Shown: positions 42,274 to 51,644 of the stretch, in pieces
Layout of the letters: every line of letters starts with the position of its first letter
Position numbering within the stretch: position 1 is the first letter of the stretch
From: Alphaproteobacteria bacterium
GTDB taxonomy: Bacteria; Pseudomonadota; Alphaproteobacteria; UBA7985
Direction: 5' to 3'
DNA length: 64,000 nucleotides
NCBI GenBank assembly: GCA_965662775.1
Contig: CBFIIW010000008.1
Location: forward strand, 27,269 to 91,268
Position numbers and translations under genes: made by a program
The notes under the pieces: generated by a model
The model's input: only the letters and a program-made list of their open reading frames with translations
Database searches by the model: none
Told to the model about the DNA's origin: nothing

Positions 42274-42942
42274 ATGTCGGATTTTCTTTACGCCCCCCCC
42301 TCTACTGAACCTTTGCCAATCATTTACGCTGATGACAGTGTGGTGGTGCTCAACAAGCCTGCCGGTCTCCTGAGCGTTCCTGGCCGATTGGCCGAGCATC
42401 ATGACAGTCTCTACACGCGTGCGCTGGTGCACTTCCATGACGCGCAAGTGGTCCACCGTTTGGATCTGGCGACATCTGGGGTGCTGGCGCTAGCACGTGG
42501 ACTTGACGCAAATCGTGCGCTGTCGCGGCAGTTTCAGCAGCGCAGCGTGGCCAAGACCTACACAGCTATTGTCGAGGGAAGACCGGCGGATGCATCGGGT
42601 GATGTCGATCTGCCGCTCATCTGCGATTGGCCAAACCGCCCACGGCAAATCGTCGACTTCGCAGTCGGGAAGCCCTCACAAACGCGTTGGTTCCGTACCG
42701 ACGAACCGGGCTGGCCAGGGATCGAGAGCACACGCCTTCGCCTGGAGCCCATCACAGGGCGCTCGCACCAATTGCGGGTGCATATGGCGGAGATTGGCCA
42801 TGGCATTTTAGGAGACGGGTTCTACGCTTCGCCAGCAGGTAAGGCGGCTGCGCCACGCTTGCTCCTGCATGCGCGGCAACTGCGCCTGCTGCATCCAGTC
42901 AGTGGTGAATGTCTGACCTTCGAAGCCCCCTGCCCTTTTTGA
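42274..42942 (+). CDS. RluA-family pseudouridine synthase
   Basis: Catalytic motif HRLDLATSGVLALA and ...RSHQLRVHMAEIGHGILGD.... The start is placed at MSDFLY (an upstream ATG at 42256 is an alternative). Confidence 0.85.
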   Translation: MSDFLYAPPSTEPLPIIYADDSVVVLNKPAGLLSVPGRLAEHHDSLYTRALVHFHDAQVVHRLDLATSGVLALARGLDANRALSRQFQQRSVAKTYTAIVEGRPADASGDVDLPLICDWPNRPRQIVDFAVGKPSQTRWFRTDEPGWPGIESTRLRLEPITGRSHQLRVHMAEIGHGILGDGFYASPAGKAAAPRLLLHARQLRLLHPVSGECLTFEAPCPF

Positions 42943-42956
42943 TCCGCTCCGCCGGG

Positions 42957-44012
42957 TTACAGAATAGCATGCCGATGGCCAACGGGCTCGCCCTGGCTAT
43001 TACGCGGGATTGGGAGCGCGAAAGACCGAAGTGCTTGGTTTTCGTCCTCGGACAAAAGATGCAGCCGCTGAAGCATTGTGAACAGACCGCCGGCCGCAAC
43101 GTCCATGGAACCGTCGAGCATTTTCAGCGCCAGCCCCCAACCCCGGTCACGAATAACGGCCATAAAATACCCCGCTGCGCCAACTTTGGCGACGATCCGG
43201 CCACGGGTTTCGCGGGCCAGCGCCACAGAGAAATCATCAGTTCCTGCAATGTACCAGGGTTCCTCTACCACAGCCTTGACCAGTCGAGCCTGTGCCTGGC
43301 CGCGAACAGTGGAAGCATCAGGGGTCGCGTAGCCAGCCATGGCCCGAGCCATCGCCTCGACCGGCAACGAAGGCGTCGGTAGACCGCAGCCGTCCACCCC
43401 CCAGATCAAGTCATTCGCCGAGCACCCACTGAGCGAAAGCAAGGCATCCTCAAAATACTGTTGTGCGGGATGGTCGCGATGATGGTAGTTGGTGCGCGAC
43501 CAGCCCTGGTACTGACACAAGGTCAAGAAACCGGTGTGCTTGCCACTACAGTTGTGCACTTCACGGGCGGGAGCCGCGCCCTGAACGGCGCGGCGCTCGC
43601 GGTCAGCGTCCAGCTTGGGTCGGGCTGGGCCACAGACCAATTCATCAGTGTGGCATCCAATCTGCGCCAGCCACCTTAATACTGTTTCGACATGCAGCGC
43701 CTCGCCGTGGTGGGAGGCACAGCTCAACGCCAGTTGTGCCGCGCCGAGCGCGAAATGGTCTGCCGCGCCGCTTTCGACCAGTCCCAGCGCCTGAATGAAC
43801 TTGAGCGAAGATCGGGGGAATGCAGATTGAGTGGGGTCACCCACGCTGAGCACCACCTGACCGTCGCGAGAATCAACCACGGCACCATGGCCGGCATGAA
43901 CGGTTTCAAGGCCTTCGTCACGGAGGGAGAACGTCAGGGGTTCAGCAGACGTGAACCAGTCGGCGGCCTGCTGGGGCGTGACTTGGGTGGAGGGGCTCGG
44001 ATCGCGGATCAT
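42957..44012 (-). CDS. L-asparaginase II family protein (Asparaginase_II, PF06089-like)
   Basis: ...VHAGHGAVVDSRDGQVVLSVGDPTQSAFPRSSLKFIQAL... and ...NCSGKHTGFL... motifs are present. The start is uncertain (the track ORF extends to 44168). Confidence 0.75.
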   Translation of the reverse strand: MIRDPSPSTQVTPQQAADWFTSAEPLTFSLRDEGLETVHAGHGAVVDSRDGQVVLSVGDPTQSAFPRSSLKFIQALGLVESGAADHFALGAAQLALSCASHHGEALHVETVLRWLAQIGCHTDELVCGPARPKLDADRERRAVQGAAPAREVHNCSGKHTGFLTLCQYQGWSRTNYHHRDHPAQQYFEDALLSLSGCSANDLIWGVDGCGLPTPSLPVEAMARAMAGYATPDASTVRGQAQARLVKAVVEEPWYIAGTDDFSVALARETRGRIVAKVGAAGYFMAVIRDRGWGLALKMLDGSMDVAAGGLFTMLQRLHLLSEDENQALRSFALPIPRNSQGEPVGHRHAIL

Positions 44013-44382
44013 TTGATTGACTTTCACTGCGAGGTGTAAATCGGGGAAGGCCGTGTCGATCTGAGGTTTGATTGGAAACCGAGACTGCCTGCGTTGAGCG
44101 TCGTGAGGGTGCCGCCTGCTCATTCGTCGTACCCAAGCCAACAATGTGAGGTCAAGTCGGGCCGGCATCAGGAATTCTAGGCGGATCGGCCTTGCAGAAA
44201 CCCTCGGAAGCAGGAGCGGGACGGGTCAACGGTTCCTGTTAGTGATCAGGAGAGAGAGAGCAGTCGCACGTGTGAGTGAGCGCGCATGTGCGGCATCTTG
44301 CCTGCCGTAGCCGTTGCCAAGACACCTTCGCCGTGCCACGGATACATTATTACGAAACCACTAAGCTATTCGGAGCCAAAAA

Positions 44383-44712
44383 ATGAGCCTGTTCGAAATG
44401 ATCATTCGTACTAACGATGACCGGGACGTCGACGCTTACCTTAACCTGCTACATGATGACTATGTATTCGTTCGCCACCAGACCGGTACCGAGATCAACA
44501 AGGCGGACTGGGAACCGGCGATGCGCGCTATGATGGCAAGTGACGACCTCCAGGTCGAAACCAGCCGCTGCATTTACGAAAATGATGACATTCTGGTCAT
44601 GCATCAGGTTATGTCCTTTCCCGATGGTTCGCGAGAAGCCGTGATGATTGTGCACGCCCTCAAGGACGGAAAGATCATGCGCAGTGAAACGGGGGCAACC
44701 CTGCTGAAGTAA
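44383..44712 (+). CDS. Small SnoaL/NTF2-like fold protein (hypothetical)
   Basis: 109 aa with periodic hydrophobic/charged residues typical of the NTF2-like fold. The call is weak. Confidence 0.45.
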   Translation: MSLFEMIIRTNDDRDVDAYLNLLHDDYVFVRHQTGTEINKADWEPAMRAMMASDDLQVETSRCIYENDDILVMHQVMSFPDGSREAVMIVHALKDGKIMRSETGATLLK

Positions 44713-44799
44713 GTATTCGCGCACGGCTGGCGCGGCACTGTGCTGGAACGGGAGAGGTTGCGGTCGGCGTAGAGGGAGACACGCTGGGACAGCGGGAAA

Positions 44800-44875
44800 T
44801 GAAAAGAAATGGTGGGCCCGGCAGGATTCGAACCTGCGACAGCTCGGTTATGAGCCGAGAGTTCTAACCGCTGAA
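44800..44875 (-). tRNA. tRNA-Met (anticodon CAT; elongator-type, or tRNA-Ile2 if lysidinylated)
   Basis: Reverse complement: GGGCCCGTAGTTCAGCGGTTAGAACTCTCGGCTCATAACCGAGCTGTCGCAGGTTCGAATCCTGCCGGGCCCACCA. There is a G1-C72 pair, so it is not the initiator type. Confidence 0.85.
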
Positions 44876-45059
44876 CTACGGGCCCTCTGTTCGCTTTTCT
44901 CTGTTCCCCGCCTCCTTTTACTCCGACCCTGTTGATCGATCGGTGCGCCTTACCCCGGTTGAGCGTAAGCGATGGAGCCTGATAGCATTCTGACCAGACA
45001 CTCGCCAAGCGCGGGGTGCGAGATACCAGACACTAAGTGCCCCAGTTGTGCAGAAGACT

Positions 45060-45908
45060 CTAGTCGGCGCGACGGATTTCTACGTGATGCGGGAATGGAA
45101 TTTCGATACCTGCCGCATCAAGCGCCTTTTTGGCCTCCAATTTGAAGTTCGCCTGCGCATCGAAATAGACCGATCCATCTGCCCAGGCCCATACGGAGAT
45201 GTCGACTGAGAAATCACCAAGGTTGGACACGTACAGATAGGGCGCGGGCTCACTGTCCCACGCTGGGTTGGCCGCCAGCACTGCACGCAGAATATCGCAG
45301 ACCTGGTCCACATCACTATCGTATGCGACGCCAACAACGGCGGTCATCCTGCGTCGACCGAGGCGGGTATAATTGTGAATCGGCGCCTGGAACACCGCCG
45401 TGTTGGGAATCGATACAAGAACGTTGTTGATGGTAATGATGTCTGTACGGAACAGACCCACGCGACTGACTGAACCTCCCTCACCCGCCGCTTCGACCCA
45501 CTCACCGATTTTGATCGGCCGGAGAACCAGCAACATGACCCCAGCAGCAACATTGCTGAGAGTGCCTTGAACGGCGAGCCCGATAGCCAGGGCTACACCG
45601 CTCAGCAGGGCGAGAATGGTCGCAGCCTGCACGCCAAACAGTTGAAGTACAAGCACGATTGACACGGTCAAAACGGCAAACCGGATCAGTTGGACAAGCA
45701 CTTTCTCGATCGTTTCTTCGATCAGATCACTGGTCTCAAAAAAGGCATTCGCCCAGGCTGAGAGGCGCACAGAAACAATCCAGCCAACCAGCAGCAGCAG
45801 CAGCCCGCCTAACACCTTGAGTCCGATAGGAAGAATGAGGTTGAGGATCTGATTGTCGCTCTGGCCGACCACGCCGTCGATCAACAGAGAAAGGTTAATA
45901 CTGTCCAT
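45060..45908 (-). CDS. Small-conductance mechanosensitive channel (MscS family)
   Basis: Three TM helices plus the conserved MscS beta-domain (...RPIKIGEWVEAAGEGGSVSRVGLFRTDIITINNVLVSIPN...). Confidence 0.9.
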   Translation of the reverse strand: MDSINLSLLIDGVVGQSDNQILNLILPIGLKVLGGLLLLLVGWIVSVRLSAWANAFFETSDLIEETIEKVLVQLIRFAVLTVSIVLVLQLFGVQAATILALLSGVALAIGLAVQGTLSNVAAGVMLLVLRPIKIGEWVEAAGEGGSVSRVGLFRTDIITINNVLVSIPNTAVFQAPIHNYTRLGRRRMTAVVGVAYDSDVDQVCDILRAVLAANPAWDSEPAPYLYVSNLGDFSVDISVWAWADGSVYFDAQANFKLEAKKALDAAGIEIPFPHHVEIRRAD

Positions 45909-46495
45909 GAATGTGTCTCCGTTTGGGTTGGCGGTCGGCCGGCGGCGTTTCGCCAGTGCAGGGACCGGGACAGCGTTCTCAATTGTTAAGGATGCCCCGC
46001 CTTCCTCTCGGCCTGCAACTTAACCAGCGCTGATCGGCAGTACCAGAAGAAAGGCGTGGGATGATTGCAAACCCAGCAGGTATTCCCGAACTGGGCAGGA
46101 GCCGGAATCAGTCCGCGACCGGGATGAGAAAGGTCGGAACTCGCCTCCTCTGAAAGGCAGGCACTGGGGCGGAGCGCATCCGAATTTTTCTTGCTGATTT
46201 GGTGGCGCGCTCGGGCCTTGGCCGCTTCGCGGCCTTCGGCCCTCCCCCGCGCACCTGCTGTGGTCACGCTCAAGGCGCGTCGCCCTGAGCGGGGCTTTCC
46301 CACCAACAGGGTTGCGCCGACTTGCCCCCGACCGCGCTTCGCGCGGCGGGGCCAAGCGTCGCGCAACCCGAAGCTAAAGATCGTCACGGCGGACATCGTC
46401 CGCCGTGTCCGTTTGACTGCGCGGGAGAGATTTGTAAGCCGCGAAGCGGCGTCAAATCGAGCACGCAACCAATGCCGGGTTGATCCAATCGAGCT

Positions 46496-47938
46496 TTACG
46501 GGACACGCCCTGGCTTCCAGCTCTTGAGGAATCGTGCCATTGCCCTCAAGGCGTGAGCTTCACCGCCAGCGGGGCGCCCCGGACGGCTCGATGGGTTCCA
46601 ACAGAAAAGATCGAAGTGCGCCCAGGCGATCCCGTCCGGCACGAATCTTTCTAAAAACAACCCAGCCGTGATCGATCCTGCAAAGCCAAAACCTTCTGTA
46701 ATATTGCAGAGATCGGCGATGTTGCTGCGTAAATGCTGAGCGTAAGGGCGATACAGCGGAAAAGCCCAAAGCGGGTCACCGGCATCTTCGCCCGCTCGCA
46801 CCATAGCCACCGATAATTCATTGTCCCGCGCCATCACGGGTGGCAGATCCGGCCCCAGCGCCACCCGTGCCGAACCCGTAAGCGTTGCAAAATCGAGAAT
46901 CAAATCGGGCCCCTGTTCGCCCGCGTAGGTCAAGCAATCTGCGAGCACCAATCGTCCCTCGGCATCCGTATCACCGACCTCAACCGTCAGACCCTTGCGT
47001 GTTGGAAGCACGTCCCCCGGCCGAAACGATCCAGCCGCTACCACATTCTCAACCGCTCCGATCACCACCAGCAGGTTCACGTCAACAGCCTGTGCCAGGA
47101 GTGTTCGTGCCAGCCCCAGTGCGACCGCCGCACCGCCCATATCCTTCTTCATATTTCGCATGGAAGTGCGAGGCTTTATATCGAGGCCACCGGTATCAAA
47201 CACAACGCCCTTGCCCACCAAAGCCACCGTCGGCGCTGACCGCGATTTGTTAAACTGCAGCGTCAGGATTCTCGGCGCGCGCTCCGCTGTTGCCCCACGG
47301 CCGACTGCGTGGGCAGCCGGAAAACCCTCCGTCAACAAGGCCTCACCCACCACCTGTTCGAACCGGCCGCCAAATTGCGCAGCCAACGCTTGCGCTGCCT
47401 GCGCCAGATCGGCCGGGCCCATATCCTCTGCCGGTGTGTTAACCAGCCGGCGTGCCATAACCACTCCATCCAGCCAAGCCGAGGCTTCCACTCGGTCAGC
47501 CGCCTTGGGCCATACGAGAACCGCAGGAGCCTCCTGTTCACCCGCACCACCTGACTTGTAGCGTCTGTCAACGCATTGGCTCAGTGCCCAACCGAAGCAC
47601 GCTTGCGTCGCCGTGGCCCGGCCTAAACCCGTCTCATCGGCCAAGGCATAGCGCCCAGGGGGCAGTTTGTTCGGCAGGTGCGCTAGGCGCCAGCAATCAC
47701 CCGCATGATGAGTGGGTGAAAAGTAAACCGCTTCGAGACTGCCATCTTCCCCCGGCACCGGGAGCACGAGACCAGCCGCTGCCATGTCGCCACGTTGTCC
47801 GCGCAGCCATCTTGCGTGCCGGTCAGGCAGGCCCCGGAACCAAGTCCGGTTGGGTTGCTCAGGTATGGTGATTAAGGGGAGCGTGTCCTTAGTCCGCCGG
47901 GCAGTGAAGAAAGGATCAGCGAGTGCAGTCTCGTCCAT
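46496..47938 (-). CDS. pepA: Leucyl aminopeptidase (M17 family)
   Basis: An M17 catalytic domain (VGKGVVFDTGGLDIKP...; NTDAEGRLVLAD). Confidence 0.85.
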   Translation of the reverse strand: MDETALADPFFTARRTKDTLPLITIPEQPNRTWFRGLPDRHARWLRGQRGDMAAAGLVLPVPGEDGSLEAVYFSPTHHAGDCWRLAHLPNKLPPGRYALADETGLGRATATQACFGWALSQCVDRRYKSGGAGEQEAPAVLVWPKAADRVEASAWLDGVVMARRLVNTPAEDMGPADLAQAAQALAAQFGGRFEQVVGEALLTEGFPAAHAVGRGATAERAPRILTLQFNKSRSAPTVALVGKGVVFDTGGLDIKPRTSMRNMKKDMGGAAVALGLARTLLAQAVDVNLLVVIGAVENVVAAGSFRPGDVLPTRKGLTVEVGDTDAEGRLVLADCLTYAGEQGPDLILDFATLTGSARVALGPDLPPVMARDNELSVAMVRAGEDAGDPLWAFPLYRPYAQHLRSNIADLCNITEGFGFAGSITAGLFLERFVPDGIAWAHFDLFCWNPSSRPGRPAGGEAHALRAMARFLKSWKPGRVP

Positions 47939-48184
47939 ATTAGGGTCCGATCAGTTGTTCGGGCCAAGGGCCAATCGACCCTGACCCATAAGCCAACAAG
48001 CTAGAACTTTCGCTAACCTCTCGGCTAGAGCCAAGGCAAACGCGTAAAAGGTCGATACAAAGCCACAGACGCCATCACAAGCCGGCTCCCATACGGGCAG
48101 AAATTCAAGCGCCCATGCGGTCGGGCACTGAGGCGGTCAAAAGCCCAACCGCCCAAGAGCCTCAATAAGCAAGTGATCAGGCGC

Positions 48185-48652
48185 TCAGCCCCAGCCAGCT
48201 TTCCGACGCCGTTCGAAGCCAGCAATCGGCCAGACCGTCGCAGCGTCATAGTTTTGCGCAAAGGCGGGTACTCCTGCCGGAATCTCTATCCACGGCACCT
48301 TGCCCTCGACCCACAAATGAGCACCAGGCGTAACAGAGCCAGGATCATCAAGGGTGCCGCCCTTGATCAGCGCAATCTGATTGTTGCCGGCGTAGTGGCT
48401 AAAAAGCGCAGTCTGACAGGCGGGACATCGATGAACCCAATGCTCACCGCCGCTACCCGTTTGTCCCGCATAAGGCACAGCCCGCCCTTCAATCACCTCA
48501 AGATAAGCCGTTTCGAGGAACACGTGGGTCACGAATGCTGTCCCCGTGTGTCGCTTGCAAATGCTGCAATGGCAAACGTGGGTAAACATCGGCTCTTCGG
48601 TCAGTCTGTAACGCGTGGCGTTGCAGGAACAGCCACCTAGTCGCTCGCCCAT
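48185..48652 (-). CDS. GFA family protein (glutathione-dependent formaldehyde-activating / CENP-V-like)
   Basis: Zn-binding Cys pattern CSCNATRY...CHCSICKRHTG...CPACQTALF. Confidence 0.8.
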   Translation of the reverse strand: MGERLGGCSCNATRYRLTEEPMFTHVCHCSICKRHTGTAFVTHVFLETAYLEVIEGRAVPYAGQTGSGGEHWVHRCPACQTALFSHYAGNNQIALIKGGTLDDPGSVTPGAHLWVEGKVPWIEIPAGVPAFAQNYDAATVWPIAGFERRRKAGWG

Positions 48653-48862
48653 GATTGAGCCTCCCTTCGTCTCGTTCCGTCCCGTTCCGTCTGGACCTGA
48701 TTCTCAACCAAGTCAGGGGCAAAGACAAGGTTCACCCTCAAACCAAGGCGGAAACCTTGGTGGCAGGGCTGAGAGCGCTTGACGAACGCATCAGCGCGGT
48801 TAGCCTCCCTCTCACCACCCATTTGACGTTTGTCGTCACCTCTCAACGCAGGGAATCCCACC

Positions 48863-49348
48863 ATGACCACGCCCGAAGACCGCATCACCGCCCTCGGCCT
48901 CAGCCTCCCCGCACCGATCCAGCTCTCACCAGAGATTAAGCTGCCGTTCTCCTTCATCAACGTGCGCGGTAACCGGGCGCTGATCTCTGGTCACCCGCGC
49001 CAAAGCGCAGAAGGATCGATCAATGGCCCCTTTGCAACACTCGGCGCTGATATGACCACGCAGGAAGGCTACGACGCCGCGCGCGACATCGGGTTGTCAG
49101 CACTAGCAAACCTCAAAGCCGAAATCGGCGAACTGTCGCGAGTCAGCGGCTGGGTTCGGGTATTCGGTATGGTTGCTTCAACGCCGCAATTCACCGAACA
49201 GCATTTGGTCGTCAATGGCTTCAGCGATCTGATCCTCGACGTGTTTGGTGCGGAGGTGGGGCGGCATGCGCGCTCGGCTATTGGCGTCGCCGCCCTGCCT
49301 ATGGGGTTCGCGATTGAAGTTGAAGGCGAAGTCCTGCTCGACGGATAA
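48863..49348 (+). CDS. RidA/YjgF-like (endoribonuclease L-PSP family) protein
   Basis: ...GWVRVFGMVASTPQF...VGVAALPMGFAIEVEGEVLL matches the RidA fold. The start is at the internal Met. Confidence 0.8.
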   Translation: MTTPEDRITALGLSLPAPIQLSPEIKLPFSFINVRGNRALISGHPRQSAEGSINGPFATLGADMTTQEGYDAARDIGLSALANLKAEIGELSRVSGWVRVFGMVASTPQFTEQHLVVNGFSDLILDVFGAEVGRHARSAIGVAALPMGFAIEVEGEVLLDG

Positions 49349-49478
49349 CACGAGAGCACCCGAAGGCGGGGACGCAGTGGCTCGGTGTCGAGCGACCAGC
49401 GTCGAGCATCGAGCGTCGAACGGCAAGCGCCCATGCTTCATGGCTTGCCGAACCCCGCCTCTGAGGGACAAACGACAC

Positions 49479-50123
49479 TCAGATTTCGGCGACTCCGATC
49501 AAGCCATTTCGGGTGACGAGATCCGCTAGTGCAGGTTCAGACAGACCTTCTGTGCCTTCAGGTCGCCGTGGCAAAATCATGTAGCGCATGTCAGCCGTGG
49601 AATCGTGCACTCGGACTTCGCGTTCAAAGGCAATCGTGGTGCCGAACTCTTGGAGCACTGAACGCGGATCGCGCACCACCCGCCCGCGGTAGGCCTTGGA
49701 CTTGTACCACTCAGGCGATGGTCCCAGCAGCGTGACGGGGTAGCAGGAACAGAGGGTGCAAACGATAACATTGTGCACCGCGTCAGTGTTCTCCAGCACC
49801 ACCAACGGCGTACCCTTCATGTCATAGCCAGCGTCGAACGCTGCTCTTGCACCGTCTTCGAGTAAAGCGGTCTTGAACACCGGATCCTGCCAAGCCCGAG
49901 CGACCAGATTTGCCCCGTTGCGGTCAGAGCGCGTTTCCATCAAGTTGAGTTGGGCTGTCACGTCAGCTGCGGTGAAAACACCCTTTTCAATCAGCACCAG
50001 TCGGAGCGCATCGGCGAGCAACGCAGTGTCAGAGTTCGACGTGTCCACAACATCAATGGCATGATGGTCGTGGTCATGGTCGCGGTCATGGTCATGGTCG
50101 TGATGGGACGGTGTCGCGGTCAT
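49479..50123 (-). CDS. Nitrile hydratase alpha subunit, cobalt-type, with a His/Asp-rich N-terminal tail
   Basis: The metal-centre signature VCTLCSCYP (Co-type C-T-L-C-S-C) is present. The N-terminus is MTATPSHHDHDHDRDHDHDHH. The start overlaps the stop of the preceding ORF (ATGA). Confidence 0.85.
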   Translation of the reverse strand: MTATPSHHDHDHDRDHDHDHHAIDVVDTSNSDTALLADALRLVLIEKGVFTAADVTAQLNLMETRSDRNGANLVARAWQDPVFKTALLEDGARAAFDAGYDMKGTPLVVLENTDAVHNVIVCTLCSCYPVTLLGPSPEWYKSKAYRGRVVRDPRSVLQEFGTTIAFEREVRVHDSTADMRYMILPRRPEGTEGLSEPALADLVTRNGLIGVAEI

Positions 50124-50425
50124 GAGGTCTCCGCTGTAAGCCAGTGTTGGTAAAGCTCGATTTCGATGGTGTCACCTGCAGGGCCACAGTAGTCGGGCCA
50201 GACTTCTTTCTGCCGGAAACGAACGCGGTAAAGCGGTTGCGTCGGTCTGCCGTCCCCGCCGTAGGCTAACGTCTCAGGATTTCCAAAGACGCCACATACC
50301 CGCTCAACCTCACCGCTGTGTCCACGGCAGTAAACCGGCGCACGCATGTGCCCACTCAGCCCGGTTTCCGCGGCCAGATCGCGCACCCTGACCCGGTCGC
50401 CATTAGCGAACTGCACCGCCGTCAT
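50120..50425 (-). CDS. Nitrile hydratase beta subunit, C-terminal half, as a separate polypeptide (ToyL-like)
   Basis: ...GDRVRVRDLAAETGLSGHMRAPVYCRGHSGEV...LYRVRFRQKEVW... aligns with the C-terminal domain of NHase beta. It has its own ATG with ATGA overlaps on both sides. Confidence 0.8.
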   Translation of the reverse strand: MTAVQFANGDRVRVRDLAAETGLSGHMRAPVYCRGHSGEVERVCGVFGNPETLAYGGDGRPTQPLYRVRFRQKEVWPDYCGPAGDTIEIELYQHWLTAETS

Positions 50426-50745
50426 TCGGACAGCCCCCGCTGGGCACGCAGAGCGTTGATCCGGGCATCAAGTTCCTCTTGGGTTAACACGCCCTTTTCG
50501 AGCATGATTTTGGCAAGCGAACGCGCCCACTTACCGTAATAGGGTTCTGCGTTATAGGCAGCTTCGCCCAGCGTCTCGATCCCGCGCCGAAGCTCATCGA
50601 GCCGCATCAATGCGATATCGGGTGAGGACAGCAGCCGCATCATGGCATCGACGCGCTTCTCCCAGAGCTGATATTCGCCGTCGATCATCGGCACCGGGCC
50701 AAAATCGTCGCCGCCAACGTCATGATAGGCCTTGTTCTGCGTCAT
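50422..50745 (-). CDS. Nitrile hydratase beta subunit, N-terminal half, as a separate polypeptide (ToyK-like)
   Basis: MTQNKAYHDVGGDDFGPV...EYQLWEKRVDAMM...RLDELRRGIE...EPYYGKW... aligns with the N-terminal domain of NHase beta (YDxGG...WEK...LDExRxGIE...PYY). Confidence 0.8.
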   Translation of the reverse strand: MTQNKAYHDVGGDDFGPVPMIDGEYQLWEKRVDAMMRLLSSPDIALMRLDELRRGIETLGEAAYNAEPYYGKWARSLAKIMLEKGVLTQEELDARINALRAQRGLSE

Positions 50746-50888
50746 TGGCCTGCCCTTCTACTTTCCATCTTCGGGACTCAAAGCGCGAGAATAGCAGCGC
50801 GCGCGCCGGGGGCAACGGGCAAGACGTTGCCTGGATCAGCCGCGCGCAACCGTCCTCGGCACCCGCGGTTATCGGTGGTCTGGGTGTT

Positions 50889-51089
50889 TCAATAGTGTGG
50901 AGGTGGGGCTTCATCCACTGTGCTGCGATTAACGCCACCATCCTCGGCCTGCGTCGTGCTGAGGTGGCGGACCTCAGCCACAAGTCGCTCGATCGCCCGC
51001 TGCTGCTTAGCGACGATATCGCTCAGCTCATTGAGCACGTTTTCCTGATGCTCCAACCGAATCTGCAGATCGATAATCGCTTCGCTCAT
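50889..51089 (-). CDS. slyX: SlyX family protein
   Basis: A 66-aa coiled-coil protein, MSEAIIDLQIRLEHQENVLNELSDIVAKQQRAIERLVAEVRHL. Confidence 0.75.
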   Translation of the reverse strand: MSEAIIDLQIRLEHQENVLNELSDIVAKQQRAIERLVAEVRHLSTTQAEDGGVNRSTVDEAPPPHY

Positions 51090-51311
51090 ACTGCACTTCC
51101 CTTCTGTTTTCCGATAGTGGCCCGCCAGCTAAGCGCAATCGCCGCTGCGAGACCAGCACCGTGGGCTAGAATGGGCAAGTCGGAGTTCGATACGGAAGAA
51201 GAAGGGGATTTACGGCCCATTGTGCCCTTAATCCCCTGTTTATCGGATGTCCGCGGGTCAGCGGTCAGATGCGGTTTCTATTCGGTTACCCGATCACCAC
51301 GTCATCATCGC

Positions 51312-51644
51312 CTAGGAGCGGCTGTCATACACCAACGTTGGCATAGGCGGTGGTGGGGCAGAAGCATCCAAACCGTGAACGTCGAGCGCAAAGGCTGCGA
51401 ATTCATCGTCCATCGTCTGCATAATCTGGCCAAAACCGGCCATTGGATCATCTCCGTCGTACGTAAGGATCACGAAGTCGCCCATGGGTGTCTCTTGCAG
51501 AAATGTGCGCTCATGCAGACCGGCGTTCTCGCGCACTGCGTCGAAGTCGGGCTTCTGGGACGGGCTGTTGATTTCCTCAATCATTTTCAGCCACTTATCT
51601 TTTTTGCCGGGCAGAATCGGCATCACCATTGCGAGCGCAGCCAT
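51312..51644 (-). CDS. Hypothetical small protein (possible ferredoxin-like / Dabb-type fold)
   Basis: 110 aa. No family was confidently recognised. The long 50610..51752 plus-strand ORF over this region is an antisense artefact. Confidence 0.45.
   Translation of the reverse strand: MAALAMVMPILPGKKDKWLKMIEEINSPSQKPDFDAVRENAGLHERTFLQETPMGDFVILTYDGDDPMAGFGQIMQTMDDEFAAFALDVHGLDASAPPPPMPTLVYDSRS

Noticed and set aside
44169-44382. A GAGAGAGAGAG run and a GC-rich leader upstream of the SnoaL-like ORF (considered as a possible riboswitch).
   Set aside because: I could recognise no conserved riboswitch core by eye. It could simply be the divergent promoter region of the asparaginase-II and SnoaL-like genes.
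45986-46468. A 160-aa minus-strand ORF in the mscS-pepA gap (considered as a possible holC).
   Set aside because: The sequence is Arg-rich (RAKRGRGQVGATLLVGKPRSGRR...) and has no resemblance to DNA polymerase III chi or any fold. It is treated as a GC-frame artefact, and the region is reported as unexplained non-coding DNA instead.
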